A stretch of DNA of 63,698 bases, filler included, from Reticulomyxa filosa (GCA_000512085.1; 20 parts of 20 records of this genome joined end to end with filler, not necessarily neighbours in it), one strand, 5' to 3'. Counted from the first letter of the whole stretch, positions 1 to 12,745 are shown. Notes: a model not told the origin generated them from the letters alone. Numbers and translations are program-made.

Positions 1-1
1 C

Positions 2-412
2 AAGAACAAGGACCGGTTCATATTTTCCAATTTTTTCAGAAAAGATCGATTGAACATAACGGATAACAACACCAGTATTCGTGGTACGTATAACACGGAA
101 GTGTGCCTGCCCAATCTGTGCGTCAGTCGGATCGGCTGGAGCTTGCACAAACATGTCATTCGCATGAAGTGTCATAAGATGTGCGACAGGGGTGACGAAA
201 TTGGAGTCGTCAGCAATCGTAGCTGCACTACCAACAAAGGCTGTTGTGTCATGACCGATTCCAATGTCGAAAACAGCTACTACGTTAGTAGCACCGGAGG
301 TATTTTCAATTACAAAATTTTTATGTGTGTGTGTTTGTATGTAGTATGTAGTATGTAGTTAATATACCAAATGTATATATGATTTTTTTTATCCAAGTTT
401 GGATTACTTTCG

Positions 413-443
<31 letters not shown>

Positions 444-776
444 CATTGATAACAACAAACAGTAAACTGACATACAACAAAACAACAATACATTGCAATA
501 TTGCGAGGTGGATGCAAAACTTGATTTTGGACAGGGATATGGTCTTATGATGGCCAAGTTGATCAAGACATATTACACAATGTCAGTGGTCGTCCATGGA
601 GAGAAGGAGATGTCATCACCATCTTGTTAGAATGTGACGTCAACACTGTCACGTTTTTTATCAACGAAGTCAATGTTGGAAGTATTTTAATACAGCCACA
701 ACTCACTTATTATCCCGCTTTGGAATGCTGCACTAAGAGTGGACACTGCCACTATCAAATACTTTACGATGACTAA
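2..776 (+). CDS. SPRY/B30.2-domain protein, 3' part (exons 2-299 and 535-776)
   Basis: GT-AG intron 300-534 joins ...YYVSSTG to GIWSYDG...WREGDVITILLECDVNTVTFFINEVNVGSILIQPQLTYYPALE...DD*. The GDVI-x-L-x-D...V-x-F-x-N...YYPAL pattern is typical of the SPRY C-terminal strands. Confidence 0.65.
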
Positions 777-1393
777 AAAGAACCTCCCCTTTTTTTTTTT
801 TCTCCCTCTCTTACACTATTGTGCCATCACCGCTGTTTATCTTTTTTTCCCCTCCTCTTTTACAATTGGTCTTTCTTTTTTTATTTTATGTTTTCTTTCT
901 TTTTGTGCACTATAAGTGGATTTTTTTTCCCTTTTTTTGGGATCAAAGGTGAGGACAGACAGACTTACCAAAAACAAAGTTGGAGCTGATCAGGAGGTTT
1001 CTTTTTTTCTTTGCTGCTCAGTCAGATGTCCGTTTGTCTTCAAGTATTTTTTGTTTGTTTTATATTTTTCTTTTTGTGGTGTTAACATGCCAAATTTTGC
1101 AAATTATTTGTCTCCAAATAACTGTCCGTACACTCTTTCGTAAAGAGTCAAAATAAATGCTGTTTGAAAAATGAATTTCACAAAAATGACAATTGGTCAC
1201 AATGAAAGGGACGGAGAAGCAAAAGACTAGTTTTTGATATTTTTTGGATTCTTCGCGCAAAAAACTGAAGTTAAAAAAAAGTAGCCCCTTTTGAAGAAAA
1301 AACTTGGATTTTCTGCTGTTCCAGGGAACTTCTTGATGTAATTCTTTGACGACAATAAGTGAAAACAAAGCAAAAAAGCTTGAGTGATAAAGG

Positions 1394-2651
1394 ATGAGTT
1401 TATATACGAAGCGTTCTAAACTTCAGAAGAATCTGAAAAAAAGAACAAACAAGCTTGCAAAAACAACGAAGATCACGAAGGAACACCCGTTTTTCTATCG
1501 ATGCGTTTGGCGTTGTAAAGGAAAGGGAATACACGTGTACGTAGGTTTGGATGGCAAGGAATATCAGAAAGCAGAGGCGAAGAAGCGTAGTCGACATGAT
1601 CGAGTGTTATTGGATAAACTGCACCAACTTCGACGAGAATACCGGAACCCGTTGGCATTACAATACCACGAAAGATTGCTCGCATCGATGTTGCCAGAAG
1701 AGAAGGCAGAACCGGAGCGTTTGTTATCCTACTGGGGTCTGCCTACGTCTGTGATCAACCAATACAATGAAAAAGGGATTTATTCGTTGTACGAATGGCA
1801 AGTGCAATGTCTCAACACGTTGTTGTATGATGATGAGCACATGCAAGGCAATAGCAGTTTGGGGGAATAGGCTATGTGCATGTTATATAAATATATAAAT
1901 ATATAAATATACAAATAAAAATGCAAATGCAAATGCAAATACACATTTATTATGAATGATATTAATAAATGAAAGTAAACGAGTATGGAAATTGGGAACG
2001 AAACTTGGTATACTCGGCCCCGACGAGTGGGGGTAAGACAATGATATGTGAGATTTTGATGATTCGAACAATCCTTTTGCGTGAAAAGAAGAAGTGCTTG
2101 TTGGTGTTGCCATTTGTATCATTGGTGATGGAGAAGCTGAAGGACCTGAAACACAAGTTGGAGCCGATAGGAGTGTATGTGGCAGGTTTTTACGGCAATC
2201 AATCGATTGGAGCAATGGAAGACTGCGACATTGGAGTGTGCACGATCGAAAAGGCAAACGCAATTGTGAACAAGTTGATGCAAGAGAAGACACACCAGCA
2301 ACTCGCATTGGTGTGTTTGGACGAAATGCACATGATTGGAGATAGTCACCGCGGACATATATTGGAGCTGATCTGCACCAAGCTGCTGTATCTCAACGAG
2401 TCGAGCAAGGAGGACCGCATTCAAATTGTGGGTATGAGTGCGACATTGCCGAACATGGCGGAGTTGTCAGAGTGGTTAGAAGCCAAGTTGTTTGTCACAG
2501 AAACGAGACCTGTGCCGCTGTTGGAGTACTATCTGTTTAACAACATGCTGTTTGATAAGGACAACAAGCATGTTCGAAATGTCAATCCATTGTCGATGAC
2601 GGACAATCACTGTGTGGCGAGATTATGTTGGGAAGTGGTGCAACCTGACAC

Positions 2652-2685
<34 letters not shown>

Positions 2686-4787
2686 ACAACAACAATGCCA
2701 TCATTTGATACGCATGGAGGCTCTGTACTCGTGTTTTGCGAAAGCAAGTCGTGGTGCAAGTCATGCTGTAAAATGGTGTCCGAGCAGTTTCAATTCAAAC
2801 GTGAAAACGGAGCAGGGACTTCTCGTTTTGTCAAGAATGCCTCTTCTCGCTTTGGCAGTTTGAACCAAGTCACGACGACAACAAATAACAAGAAACACAA
2901 AGAAGAAGAAAAAGAAGAAAAAGAAGAAAAAGAAGAAATAGATTTTAAACATAATGATGTGCATGCATTTCGCATGCAGAAACGTCGACACTTGATTGAC
3001 GCGCTTGCGCAGCTGCCCATTGAAGTGTGCTCAGTCCTGCAGAAATCCATCATCCAAGGCGTCGCCTATCATCATGCCGGACTGACAATGGAAGAGCGCG
3101 ACTTGATCGAGTCGGCCTTTCGCGAAGGCGTCATCAATGTCCTCATTTGCACCAGCACGCTCGCGGCTGGTGTCAATCTGCCCGCCAAGCGCGTCGTGTT
3201 TCGCACGCCCAAAGTGGGCAATCGCTACTTGGATGTGTCAAAATACAAACAAATGTGCGGACGTGCTGGCAGGTCGCGCTTGGACAAGTTTGGAGAAAGC
3301 ATTGTCATTTGCGAGTCGACCACGTCGATTGAGCACGTGCGCAAGGTGCTCATGACAGGGGACATTGAGTCGGTGCATAGCGTGATCGCGTCAGACGTTC
3401 AGGCATTGTCGAGGCTGGCCTTGGAGGCCTTTGGAAGCAATTTGGTGAGGCGTCGGGATCAGCTTAAGGAATACTTGGAGTATACGTTTATGTCTTCGCA
3501 ATTGAAAGGTCAATTGATATGTTCGAATGCTTTGAATCGTTTGAAGAACCAACAAGAAGAAGAAGAAGAAGAAGAAGAAGAAGAAGAAAATGAATTAGAT
3601 ACAAAAATACAACAATATGCAGATGTTGCTGTGAAATATTTAAAGGATAATGAGTTTATTGTGTTTATGGATAATGCGAATAATAGTTATATTGATAGTG
3701 ACAATATCAATATCAATATTAATATCAATATCAATGACAAAGATAAAAATAAAGAAAAAAATGAAAACAATAAAATCATTGGTATCACACACTTGGGTCA
3801 AGCTGCAGTTGCCAGTGGATTGAATCCCAGTGCCGCCAAAATCTTATTCAATACCTTGCGCAAAATTCGAATGGAAGGCTTTCATTTGAGTGACTCGCTG
3901 CACATGTGCTTTGTACTGTCCCCAATCGAAAGGGTGATTGAACCCAACTGGGAAGTGTACTGCTCGGTCTACGACAACGTACTCATTAGGTCGCATTGGG
4001 CGACATGTCAGACCATTGGCATTGACGGCTCCGTGCTGCGTGGTTACTGCAGCAAGCCTCCCGCGTATGAATCGGATAGTCCACGCGACTTGCTCTATCG
4101 ACGCTTTTGGGCTGCCTTCTTGCTCTACGAAATCATACAAGAAGTCCCTTTCCATCAAATCGCATCTCAACGTAAGGTCGACACTGGACAATTGCAACAG
4201 CTGCAGTCGCTCTCGTTCACGCTCGCCGCCGCTCTTTCTGTCTTTTGTGAACGGCTCAACTGGCACGCCTTGGCCGTGCTTATTGCCCATATGAGCGATC
4301 GCATTTCCATGGGTGTCTCCGACGAGCTGCTCAACCTGTTGCAGCTCTCGCCCACTCTCAAACCCTTTCGAGCGAGGCAATTATATAAAAGTGGAATTAG
4401 CACTTTGGAGCAATTGGCTGAGGGTATTTTTTTTTTTTTTTTTTTCTATTCACAAATACCTTGATGCTTAACAATAAATCATGTCCCATATAACATAAAT
4501 AGCATCGGTGGAATCAATTACCTTTGCCCTGAACCAACAGTCCTCGTTCCAGACGTACAATAGGTTAGGTTACACACACACACACACACACAATGTTGGG
4601 AAAATAATGGAGGGACTTGGAAATAGAGATACAACAACAAAAATGTTCAACACTTAAACATTGCCTTTTGTTGTGTGTCCGTGCTAGTATTGATCAATCA
4701 AATTCCGTGACGATTATAGCAAGGAGGCTCACACTTGAAGCAAGGAAGTTTCTCGCAATATCAGCCGAGACAAACAACACCGAGTAA
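1394..4787 (+). CDS. POLQ/HELQ-family (Ski2-like SF2) DNA helicase, POLQ-type helicase domain only
   Basis: Exons about 1394-1847 (or 1856), 1976-4423, 4503-4563, 4688-4787. Motifs: LSYWGLP...LYEWQ, NLVYSAPTSGGKT, LPFVS, CTIEKAN, DEMHMIGDSHRG, QIVGMSATLPN, RPVPLLE, YHHAGLT, TSTLAAGVNLPA, QMCGRAGR, and a C-terminal RARQLYKSGI HhH-like region. Confidence 0.9.
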
Positions 4788-5325
4788 TACCAAACTTCTT
4801 TGACGTGTTAACGAAGAGAGAGAGAGAAAAAAAAAAATGTTTCGATATTTAAACAGTTTTCGTTATATCAGCTTTGCATTGATAGTAAACTACTAACTTT
4901 ATCTTTGCGCTTCATATTACAATGCGCAATAACTACAATCTAAATCTTTTTTTGTTTGTCTGGTTAAGATTTGCTGTGAATTATAACACCTTTCAATACC
5001 AATAATATCAATTTTAAAAGTAACATTATTTTCAAAGATATTTTATTTTTGATGGTAAATTGAGATTTGCTACCAAGGTGGTATATTTCAAACAGGGACT
5101 AGTCGTTTAGGTATACCAAAAGCAAATAACGGTCAAAAGAAATTTAAGAATCAGTTCATGTTATATTACAAATTCAATTTTGGCTTTTCTTTAAAGTTTC
5201 TCCTTTTTTCGTAGTTAATTGTTACGTCAAAGAGTATTCAAAAATGTTTTTTGTGAGTTATATGAAACAAAACAACAGTGCTGTTTAGCTCAAGCTGGAA
5301 GAACTGTCTTTAGTTTTTTAATAAA

Positions 5326-6801
5326 ATGATAGAAGTTATCACAACTGATGTCGGCCAAGCCGGCATACAACTAGTAATGCCATCTGTGAACAATATTGCG
5401 CAGAGCACACAATTGACAACGGTGGCAAAAGAAAGTAGTACTAATGAAATGACGACTATTTTCAAGTCTTATTTGAAGAAACATGTAGTTGCCAATTTGT
5501 TCATAGTAACTCCATTGTAGATTCGTTTTTCCGTTTACTTATAACTCACAAGAAAAAAAAAAGTTTATTTGGAATCGAATATGATTGATGATGTAAAAAA
5601 CGTCACTTTTGCGACCATATTCTAACTTGAGTTTTTATTCTATTTGAAAGATGACGAAGCAAACAATTTTTCCTGTTGTCACTATACAATATGCAAGCAA
5701 ATAATCGATAAAGTAAATGATCGATTGAGAAAGCTTGTAACAATTTAGACAATATAATGTGCTTTGTGATTGGACATAGTGTATGAGGATGCACTGGCTA
5801 AGAGATGCTAGCATTAAGTTAGTAATGTTTGGTAGTTGCAAATTGACAAACCAGATTTAAACAACTTGAATAAATTTCAAAAGTTATCTAAGCAGACATT
5901 GTCTTTGCGATTTAGCGGTAAATTAAACGTATAATTAAACTAGTTACAAACGAACTTGGTCTATTTCTACAGTTTATACTTTATGACGACTGGAATAAGT
6001 ACAATTATTCTAAAAGTCTATGTTTCAACTGCGTCAAACGATGTCCATGTGGTACGTCTGATCATAGTATTGGTACACTAACTGTAATACTAGATGTGTT
6101 TACTAAGAAGAGAATAAGAGTTTCGTAAAACGAAAGAAATTTAAATAATAAAACAATATAACAAAAGAAAATTAAAGAAAAGCAAGAAAGAAGAAGTAAG
6201 TTTGTTGATGAAGTTTAACATAATGTGGATTCATCAGTTCACTTGACGTTCAGATAATTATAATATTGACTTGACCTACATCCAAAAAATAACATATAAT
6301 TGCTTTAAACTAGCGAACTAGTTTGTAAAGTTTACTTGTCTGATCCAGCTGAAGATAAATATATTGATATTCTTTAAATTATCGTAGTGATATCAAATCG
6401 AAAGAAGCAAATGCAACTAACGGTTAAAAACGAATAATAAGGTAACATTAGTATATTGGTGACAAAATGGCTTCAAGATATGCTTAAACGAAGTACTAGC
6501 AGTAACCTTAGAATCTGACGATATTTGAGCATTTAGTAAAAACGCCTTGATGATATCAAATAACACGTGCATTTCGCGAGTGTTTAGCAAACGCATTGCC
6601 CAGAAATATGACAATATATTCCTAAAGAGCTTTTGTACATTGGTACGTAGTAGAAGTATTGAAGAAGGAGAATTCGCTGAAGCACGTGAAGACTTGGGCT
6701 TCTTGGAAAAAGATTACTTGTACGTACTAAGTGAACAACCAACAGACGATGTTGGAGGTAACAACGCTGGCGACGACGCAGATGATGCTGGTGACAGTTG
6801 A
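5326..6801 (+). pseudogene. Decayed alpha-tubulin, foraminiferal alpha2-like
   Basis: N-terminus MIEVITTDVGQAGIQL, then after a frameshift NAICEQYCAEHTID. Middle RFSGKLNV*LN*LQTNLV near 5910-5960. C-terminus MISNNTCISRVFS...EEGEFAEAREDLGFLEKDY. Many stops and frameshifts. Confidence 0.88.
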
Positions 6802-7290
6802 ATTTTGATTAGTTAAGTGTGTACGAAAAAGTGTGAAATGAAAAAATGTAAATTTTTTTGAAAGTCACGTGGCCAAAAAGTGGCTCTTGGATTTCTTTTT
6901 TTAAATTGATCTTTTCGAACAAGGTTTTTAATGAAATTTTTCTGCAATATCTCAAAAGTGCATTTTCAATTTCCCAAAAAATACTGACATTTGGAAAACA
7001 GAAAAAAACAAACTCAAGTGAAAAATGACTATATATCCAGCATTGGTAAGCTTTATTTCGGCTTTCAGAAAGTTATCTTTAGGATTGCATTATATTTATT
7101 TTCATTAAAACAGTCAAATGAAGAAGAGATGCAAATCATCAAAGTCATTTGAAGCGGCCATAAAAACAAAAGTGGAAATGCTTAAAATGTATTTTTTGTT
7201 TTATTTCGAAGTGAGGAGGATCCATTCAAGTTGATTTGCACATTTTTGCGGTTGTAGTTTAGCTACACTTATTTTGTGATAGCTATCAAT

Positions 7291-7735
7291 TTATTTGTTT
7301 AAAGAAACAGTTTGATAAAAATAGTTACACATCTCTTCAATAAAGTAGTCATAAGCATCTTTGGCATCGTTTGAATTTTTAATTTTTCCAAACAATGGAA
7401 CAAAGCCGTAGCCACTAGAACCATAAGAGAAGGTAATATTTTTCCACTCATCTTCTTGGCCGATCAAGTTATACCATTGTTCGTTCGTCAACACATAAGT
7501 GATTTTTCCAGAAACATAGCAACTCAAATCAAAGACAGTAAAACTGCGGTACTTTTGTTCATATGTCGCATCATACTCGATCGCATGTCCTTTCCCTCTT
7601 CACCAACATTCAGCATTCACAAACAGGAAGTGAATGTATACGTATATGTACACACATAAAATAGGGTATTCTCTCGAATGACTTAACTTGAGTTTGGAAT
7701 ATTTGGGATCTTGAATATATCCCAACGTGTTATCA

Positions 7736-7775
<40 letters not shown>

Positions 7776-8515
7776 TTTAAAAAAAAAAAAATACAAGGTT
7801 GGTTAGAAGAAGTACGCAGTAATGACAAACCGTGTTCATCTATGTAGACAGAGATGATATGATCTCGTATTTCAATGCCGGTGATGGAACACCAGTAGCT
7901 ATAGTTGTATCGAGAGATAGGGCGCTCTGGCCACACAATATCGCTGAGCCGAAAACGGGGAGAGATTTCGATTTTTTCTTTTGAAGTTTTTTTTTCTTGT
8001 TGAATTGAGGAGGTGTCATCCTTTGGTGGTAATGCCTTTTCTGTAACCTTCATTTTTTCCATTTGCGCTCTCGCCGAAATAAGGGACGACATCATTGACC
8101 GTCGGATGCTCGCCTTGGATATTGGCTGTTCAAAATCACTCAGTTGATTGGAAAACGTAATTACAAACTGGCCTGTAAATATTACGTCATCGATTATGTA
8201 TCCAATAATTCCGGTTGGAACGTTCAGCTCGCTGATCATCTGCGTTGCCCCCAATATTATTTGCCAACCTTTTCGTAATGCAACTAACAACTGCTCCATC
8301 GGTATTATTTCACGAGGCAGACAGCACGTCACCAGATCATAAGTACTGTTCCCGTATTTGTCTTTATACGACACTAACTCGAGCAAGTACTGCTTGTCCC
8401 CTAAACATTCGTTCACTGCTTCTTCAAGCTCTTTTTTTTGAATTGCACCATCTTGCTGTGTTTCCAACAAAGCCAAAATCCGTTGCACACCAATCCTATT
8501 TGTGGTAGAGCTCAT
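7291..8515 (-). CDS. Hypothetical protein, three exons
   Basis: Long first exon from ATG 8515, short exon GDNTLGYIQDPKYSKLK at about 7687-7736, final exon ending TAA at 7291. GT-AG phases are compatible. No family recognised. Confidence 0.55.
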
Positions 8516-8820
8516 ATATAGATGTTGATTTTCTTTTCAAGAAAGGGGCCCTTACACTGCTTGTCTGTAACCCTTTGATGGGAGATCTCTTTTTTCATTT
8601 TTTTTCCATAAAAAGTTTGCACAAAATTCACTTCTTTTTTTGTTTGTTTGTTGAAAGTGGTTGGAATCGAACGCTGGTCTCAAAGACATTTTTTGCCATT
8701 GCATAAACCGTGTGCAAAAAAAAAAAAAAAGTTATAACACTCGTAGCACTTTATCAAGTGTTCGGTATCTTTTGTAGTTATTTCAAAGTTTGTGCAAACG
8801 CATACAAAAAAAAGGGGTGC

Positions 8821-8920
8821 NNNNNNNNNNNNNNNNNNNNNNNNNNNNNNNNNNNNNNNNNNNNTTAATTAATTAANNNNNNNNNNNNNNNNNNNNNNNN
8901 NNNNNNNNNNNNNNNNNNNN
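8821..8920. other. Artificial contig-joining spacer (first of 19)
   Basis: 44 N + TTAATTAATTAA (six-frame stop) + 44 N. Identical 100-nt spacers start at 8821, 12646, 15109, 18095, 19723, 21089, 22629, 27385, 30573, 32777, 34158, 36594, 43354, 46369, 52983, 56077, 58688, 60759 and 62365. Confidence 0.99.
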
Positions 8921-9154
8921 CATCATATGATATCTTTTTAGGCGTTCAGTTTTCTTTGCAACATACTGTATATAAAAAAATAATGTCCGATTAATTAGTA
9001 CTATTGAATGGAATTTATGAAAATATTAAAAATTTTTACATTAACTCCAAAAAACTTTTGACAAGTGATGAATCTGGAGTCAACTAAGTTTTTTGTCAAA
9101 AATTCCAAAAAAATAATTATAATCGTGTTAATGAAAAATCCAATGTAATGAAAA

Positions 9155-10453
9155 TTAAAAGTTGACAGACGCGTGAGTATTTGCAGCAATCAAATCGTCA
9201 ATATTTTTGTCTACCAAATCTTTTTCAGTTAATGGAAACCTGATTTTTTGGATCAAACTGGGCCGAATTTGACCACAAGGGTCGGCATAGAAGAAAAAGG
9301 GCAAGGAAATACGATCTTTAGTGAAAGACTTGATGACCTGATGAAAGCATGCAACTCTGCCATGCAATAATTCTCCCAAAGTCAACCCCATTAAGACGAC
9401 TAAGACTCTGTTTTTTTGCTCTTCAGTAATATAGCCATTGCATTCCAAAACTTTATTACAATCGATCCAATCAAACATCTCAATATGTCGGACTTGCAGA
9501 CCTCCGTCATTGGCACTTACCAAGCTGACCAACGAGTAGTCTATATGTTCAACACAAGGAATGTCTTCTATTCCGTCTTTGAAATATTGAATGACTACCA
9601 TATTTGACAAACTCAGGCTCTCTTTCATACGCGCAGTATGATATACTCGAGACACAGTCTGCTTTTCTTTTACATGCTTCTCAACATTTTTATGTACATC
9701 GCTGGCGATGATTGTCGCATTATCATTTGTTTTTAACTCACTTTCACTGTTATCTTGTTCTTTCTCAACTTTTTTGTCATCCATCACTTGTGTTTCTTTG
9801 TTGTCGCTAGACACTCCGAATTTTTCCAATGGGGTCGTGTCACTCTTTATCTTTTGTTGTTCCACATGGCATGGAAATAATGAATTCCAACATTTTATGT
9901 GATTCTCTTGGGAGAGACATTGCAACTCCAACACATCATGGACACATTGTTCGGCTATGCTTTGCTGTCTGTTGAAGTAATCCACTACTACCTCTATATT
10001 TTCTTTGTCGTCCAATATTGATGATTCTTTCAATTTTGGGTACAGCTTGCAGTTTATTTTAGTTTGAAATAAAGCAAAAACAAAAAGGCAAAAAAGAGTT
10101 TTATTTTTTTTTGTTTTTGTTTTAATATGCATTGACAGAAACCTGCTGATCTTTCGTTCGATAAAGCCACAATGATTGCTTTACATTTGGCGTACGTGTG
10201 TAACCAATGTAAGGACTGCTCTCAACGCATTCCAGAGACTTTATGTTGGAATAAATAACTTCTCGAAAATATTTATTGTTTGAGTAATTGATTTTGCTGT
10301 AGCTTCTGACACTTCAATAAGCGCAAAACCACTTTCAACAAGACTTTCTGCACAAAGTTTCCGGTCTTCCTCTTTTTCGAAATGATATACCTTAAAATCT
10401 TTTTCATACTCTTTTTTTGGAAGATTTGAAGGGAGTTGAGAATTGCTTTCCAT
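9155..10453 (-). CDS. 2OG-Fe(II) oxygenase, IPNS/ACC-oxidase-like (one frameshift near 10250)
   Basis: N-terminal ESLVESGFALI. Iron motif HIDYSLVSL (HxD), GGLQV, distal H in CFHQV, and RISLPFF (RxS). Intron 10046-10142. Confidence 0.75.
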
Positions 10454-10789
10454 ATCTTTATTTGCAATGCAAGATTTTTTCTTTTTTAAGTAAATAACCA
10501 AGTTCCGCAGAGGTACACGCGTTCCTGAACATTTTTCTCGGACTGGCACATATAGCTTGCTATTTGTGTTGTTATTCTTTGTAAAGCAAAAAATTAGAAT
10601 TCAAAGAGTGATCCATATTTTTTATAATGTGCTGAGTGTACTCGTAATTAGAAACTTGAACAATTTTTACACTTGTAATGACTTATTATTAAAATAAAAA
10701 AAAATCAAGTACAAAGTACAAAAACAAGTGAGCTTAAAAAACTGCAACAGTAACCCTAATCAAATTCTGATCACATTGCATATCCACTA

Positions 10790-12314
10790 ATGTCTTTAAG
10801 CGAGTCATTTCTCGAGAGATTGCCATCACTCCCAATTCCCCGAAGCAAGTTGGTAATAGATTATAAGGATGCCTCTCAAATGGCGGTAGACATAGTAAGA
10901 GTATGTGACGAACTATTTGCCCAGCTGGCAGTGAATGACCCTTTGTTGCAAAAGAAAAATCGTCAAAGCGCAACGACAGACATGATGGTTTCTGAAATTC
11001 AGCACAAAACAAAAGACATAATCGCGATGGACGAAAGCGACAAGAAGTATACGATAAAACAGATTCAAGGAGGTATAACAAACTTTTTGTATTTGGTGAT
11101 CGACCAGCAAAAGCGCTATGTCACATACCCGGTACTTTTGCGGATCTATGGTGAAAATACGGAGTACTTTATTGACCGTGCCAAAGAGAGTTTGTTATTT
11201 TACGAGTTGGGAACAGAGAAGCACGCATATTTCGGGCCAATGCTTTTGGGTAAGAAAAAAGAGGAAAAAATAATGACATTCTTTTTTGATGACATTGTTC
11301 TTTGATCGAAACATCAATAACAACAACAAAAAATTATACGTATATGTATATGTACGTATTAATGCAAATGTGCAAAAGATGCAATAATAATAATAATAAT
11401 AAAAAGGTGTATTTGGAAATGGAAGAATTGAAGAATTCTACATAAACTCTCATACCACATTGTTGCACGAAAGAAAATATTATCCGTTAATTGCCACCAC
11501 AATGGAGCACATGCATTCGATCCATCCGTCCGTGTTCCTCAACAACAAGGTAATGCTGTGGACTCTGATTGACCGTTGGTATCAAATGTCTCGGCAAATT
11601 GTATCGGAAGACAAAGACATCAGCAATGGCATGGACATCGATTGGGATGACTTGAAAGACAAAATAGCAATAGTTAAAAGAATTTGTAAATGGGATGAGT
11701 TAAAAGATAGGTGGACAGACCGGTCGATTCACGAAACGCACAAGCAGCTGGCCTTTGAGTTCATGTTTGAATGTGTGTTTTGTCACAATGATTTATTAGG
11801 AGGCAATATACTCTACTTGCAAAATGAACACTGTGTCAAGTTTGTCGACTTTGAGTATGGACATTACAATTTTCGGGCTTTTGAATTCGCCAATCACTTT
11901 TGTGAGTACTGCGGATTCGACTGCAATTGGAAGCAAGGATTTCCAAGCCAATATCATATGCGCGACTTTTTGACTTGCTATGTCAAGGAGTACGTCAAAC
12001 CAATCGCCGTCGACACGTCGCACTCGAACACAGCCTCGGACATACAGCTCCGCAAGAATGAGGCGTTGGTGAGCAAGCTCAAACGCTTACACGAACAGAG
12101 AAGTCAATCCACTGAAAATGGAAAAAAATGGGATTGCTTCATCCAAACTTGCGTAGATATTGTCCTCTGTTTTGCTTGCGCCGATCACGTATATTGGGGA
12201 CTTTGGGGGGTCGTCCAAGCAAAACATTCCAAAATCGATTTTGACTTCAAAAAGTATGCTAAAGATCGTTTACTACATGGATTGCAATTTGCATTGTCCA
12301 AAGTCTCTCTTTGA
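10790..12314 (+). CDS. Ethanolamine/choline kinase
   Basis: GGITN, LLRIYG, (L)GVFGNGRIEEF across intron 11250-11406, Brenner motif CHNDLLGGNIL, and DFEYGHYNFRAFEFANHFCEY. Confidence 0.92.
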
Positions 12315-12745
12315 CTCGTGTCAATTAATAAACATATATGTATTCTCACGTGCGATCTTATGCAAGCTGATCACACAACTTTTTTTTTCTTTCCCCCTCC
12401 CCCTTTTTTTTTTTTTGTTAATTTGTCTAAGTTGAAAATTTTACTGAAGTTATTTATCTGGTCATTTGAATATGATATCTTTTTTTTTTTTTTTTTTAAT
12501 TATTTTTTCTCATTTATCTTGGTTTTGTTTATTTGTGTATACCTGTAAAATTGAATCGGTTGTGAGAAAAAGAAATTAAAAAGGGTCAAAAGCCAAACAA
12601 TTCCGAGCAATAACAATTGTTGTTGAAACAAAAAAAAAAAAAAAANNNNNNNNNNNNNNNNNNNNNNNNNNNNNNNNNNNNNNNNNNNNTTAATTAATTA
12701 ANNNNNNNNNNNNNNNNNNNNNNNNNNNNNNNNNNNNNNNNNNNN

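Noticed and set aside
1394-12314. Alternative genetic code or stop-codon reassignment
   Set aside because: Conserved exons of the helicase, kinase, XRN, kinesin and carrier have no internal stops, and genes end in both TAA and TGA. Stops cluster only in regions that also have frameshifts.
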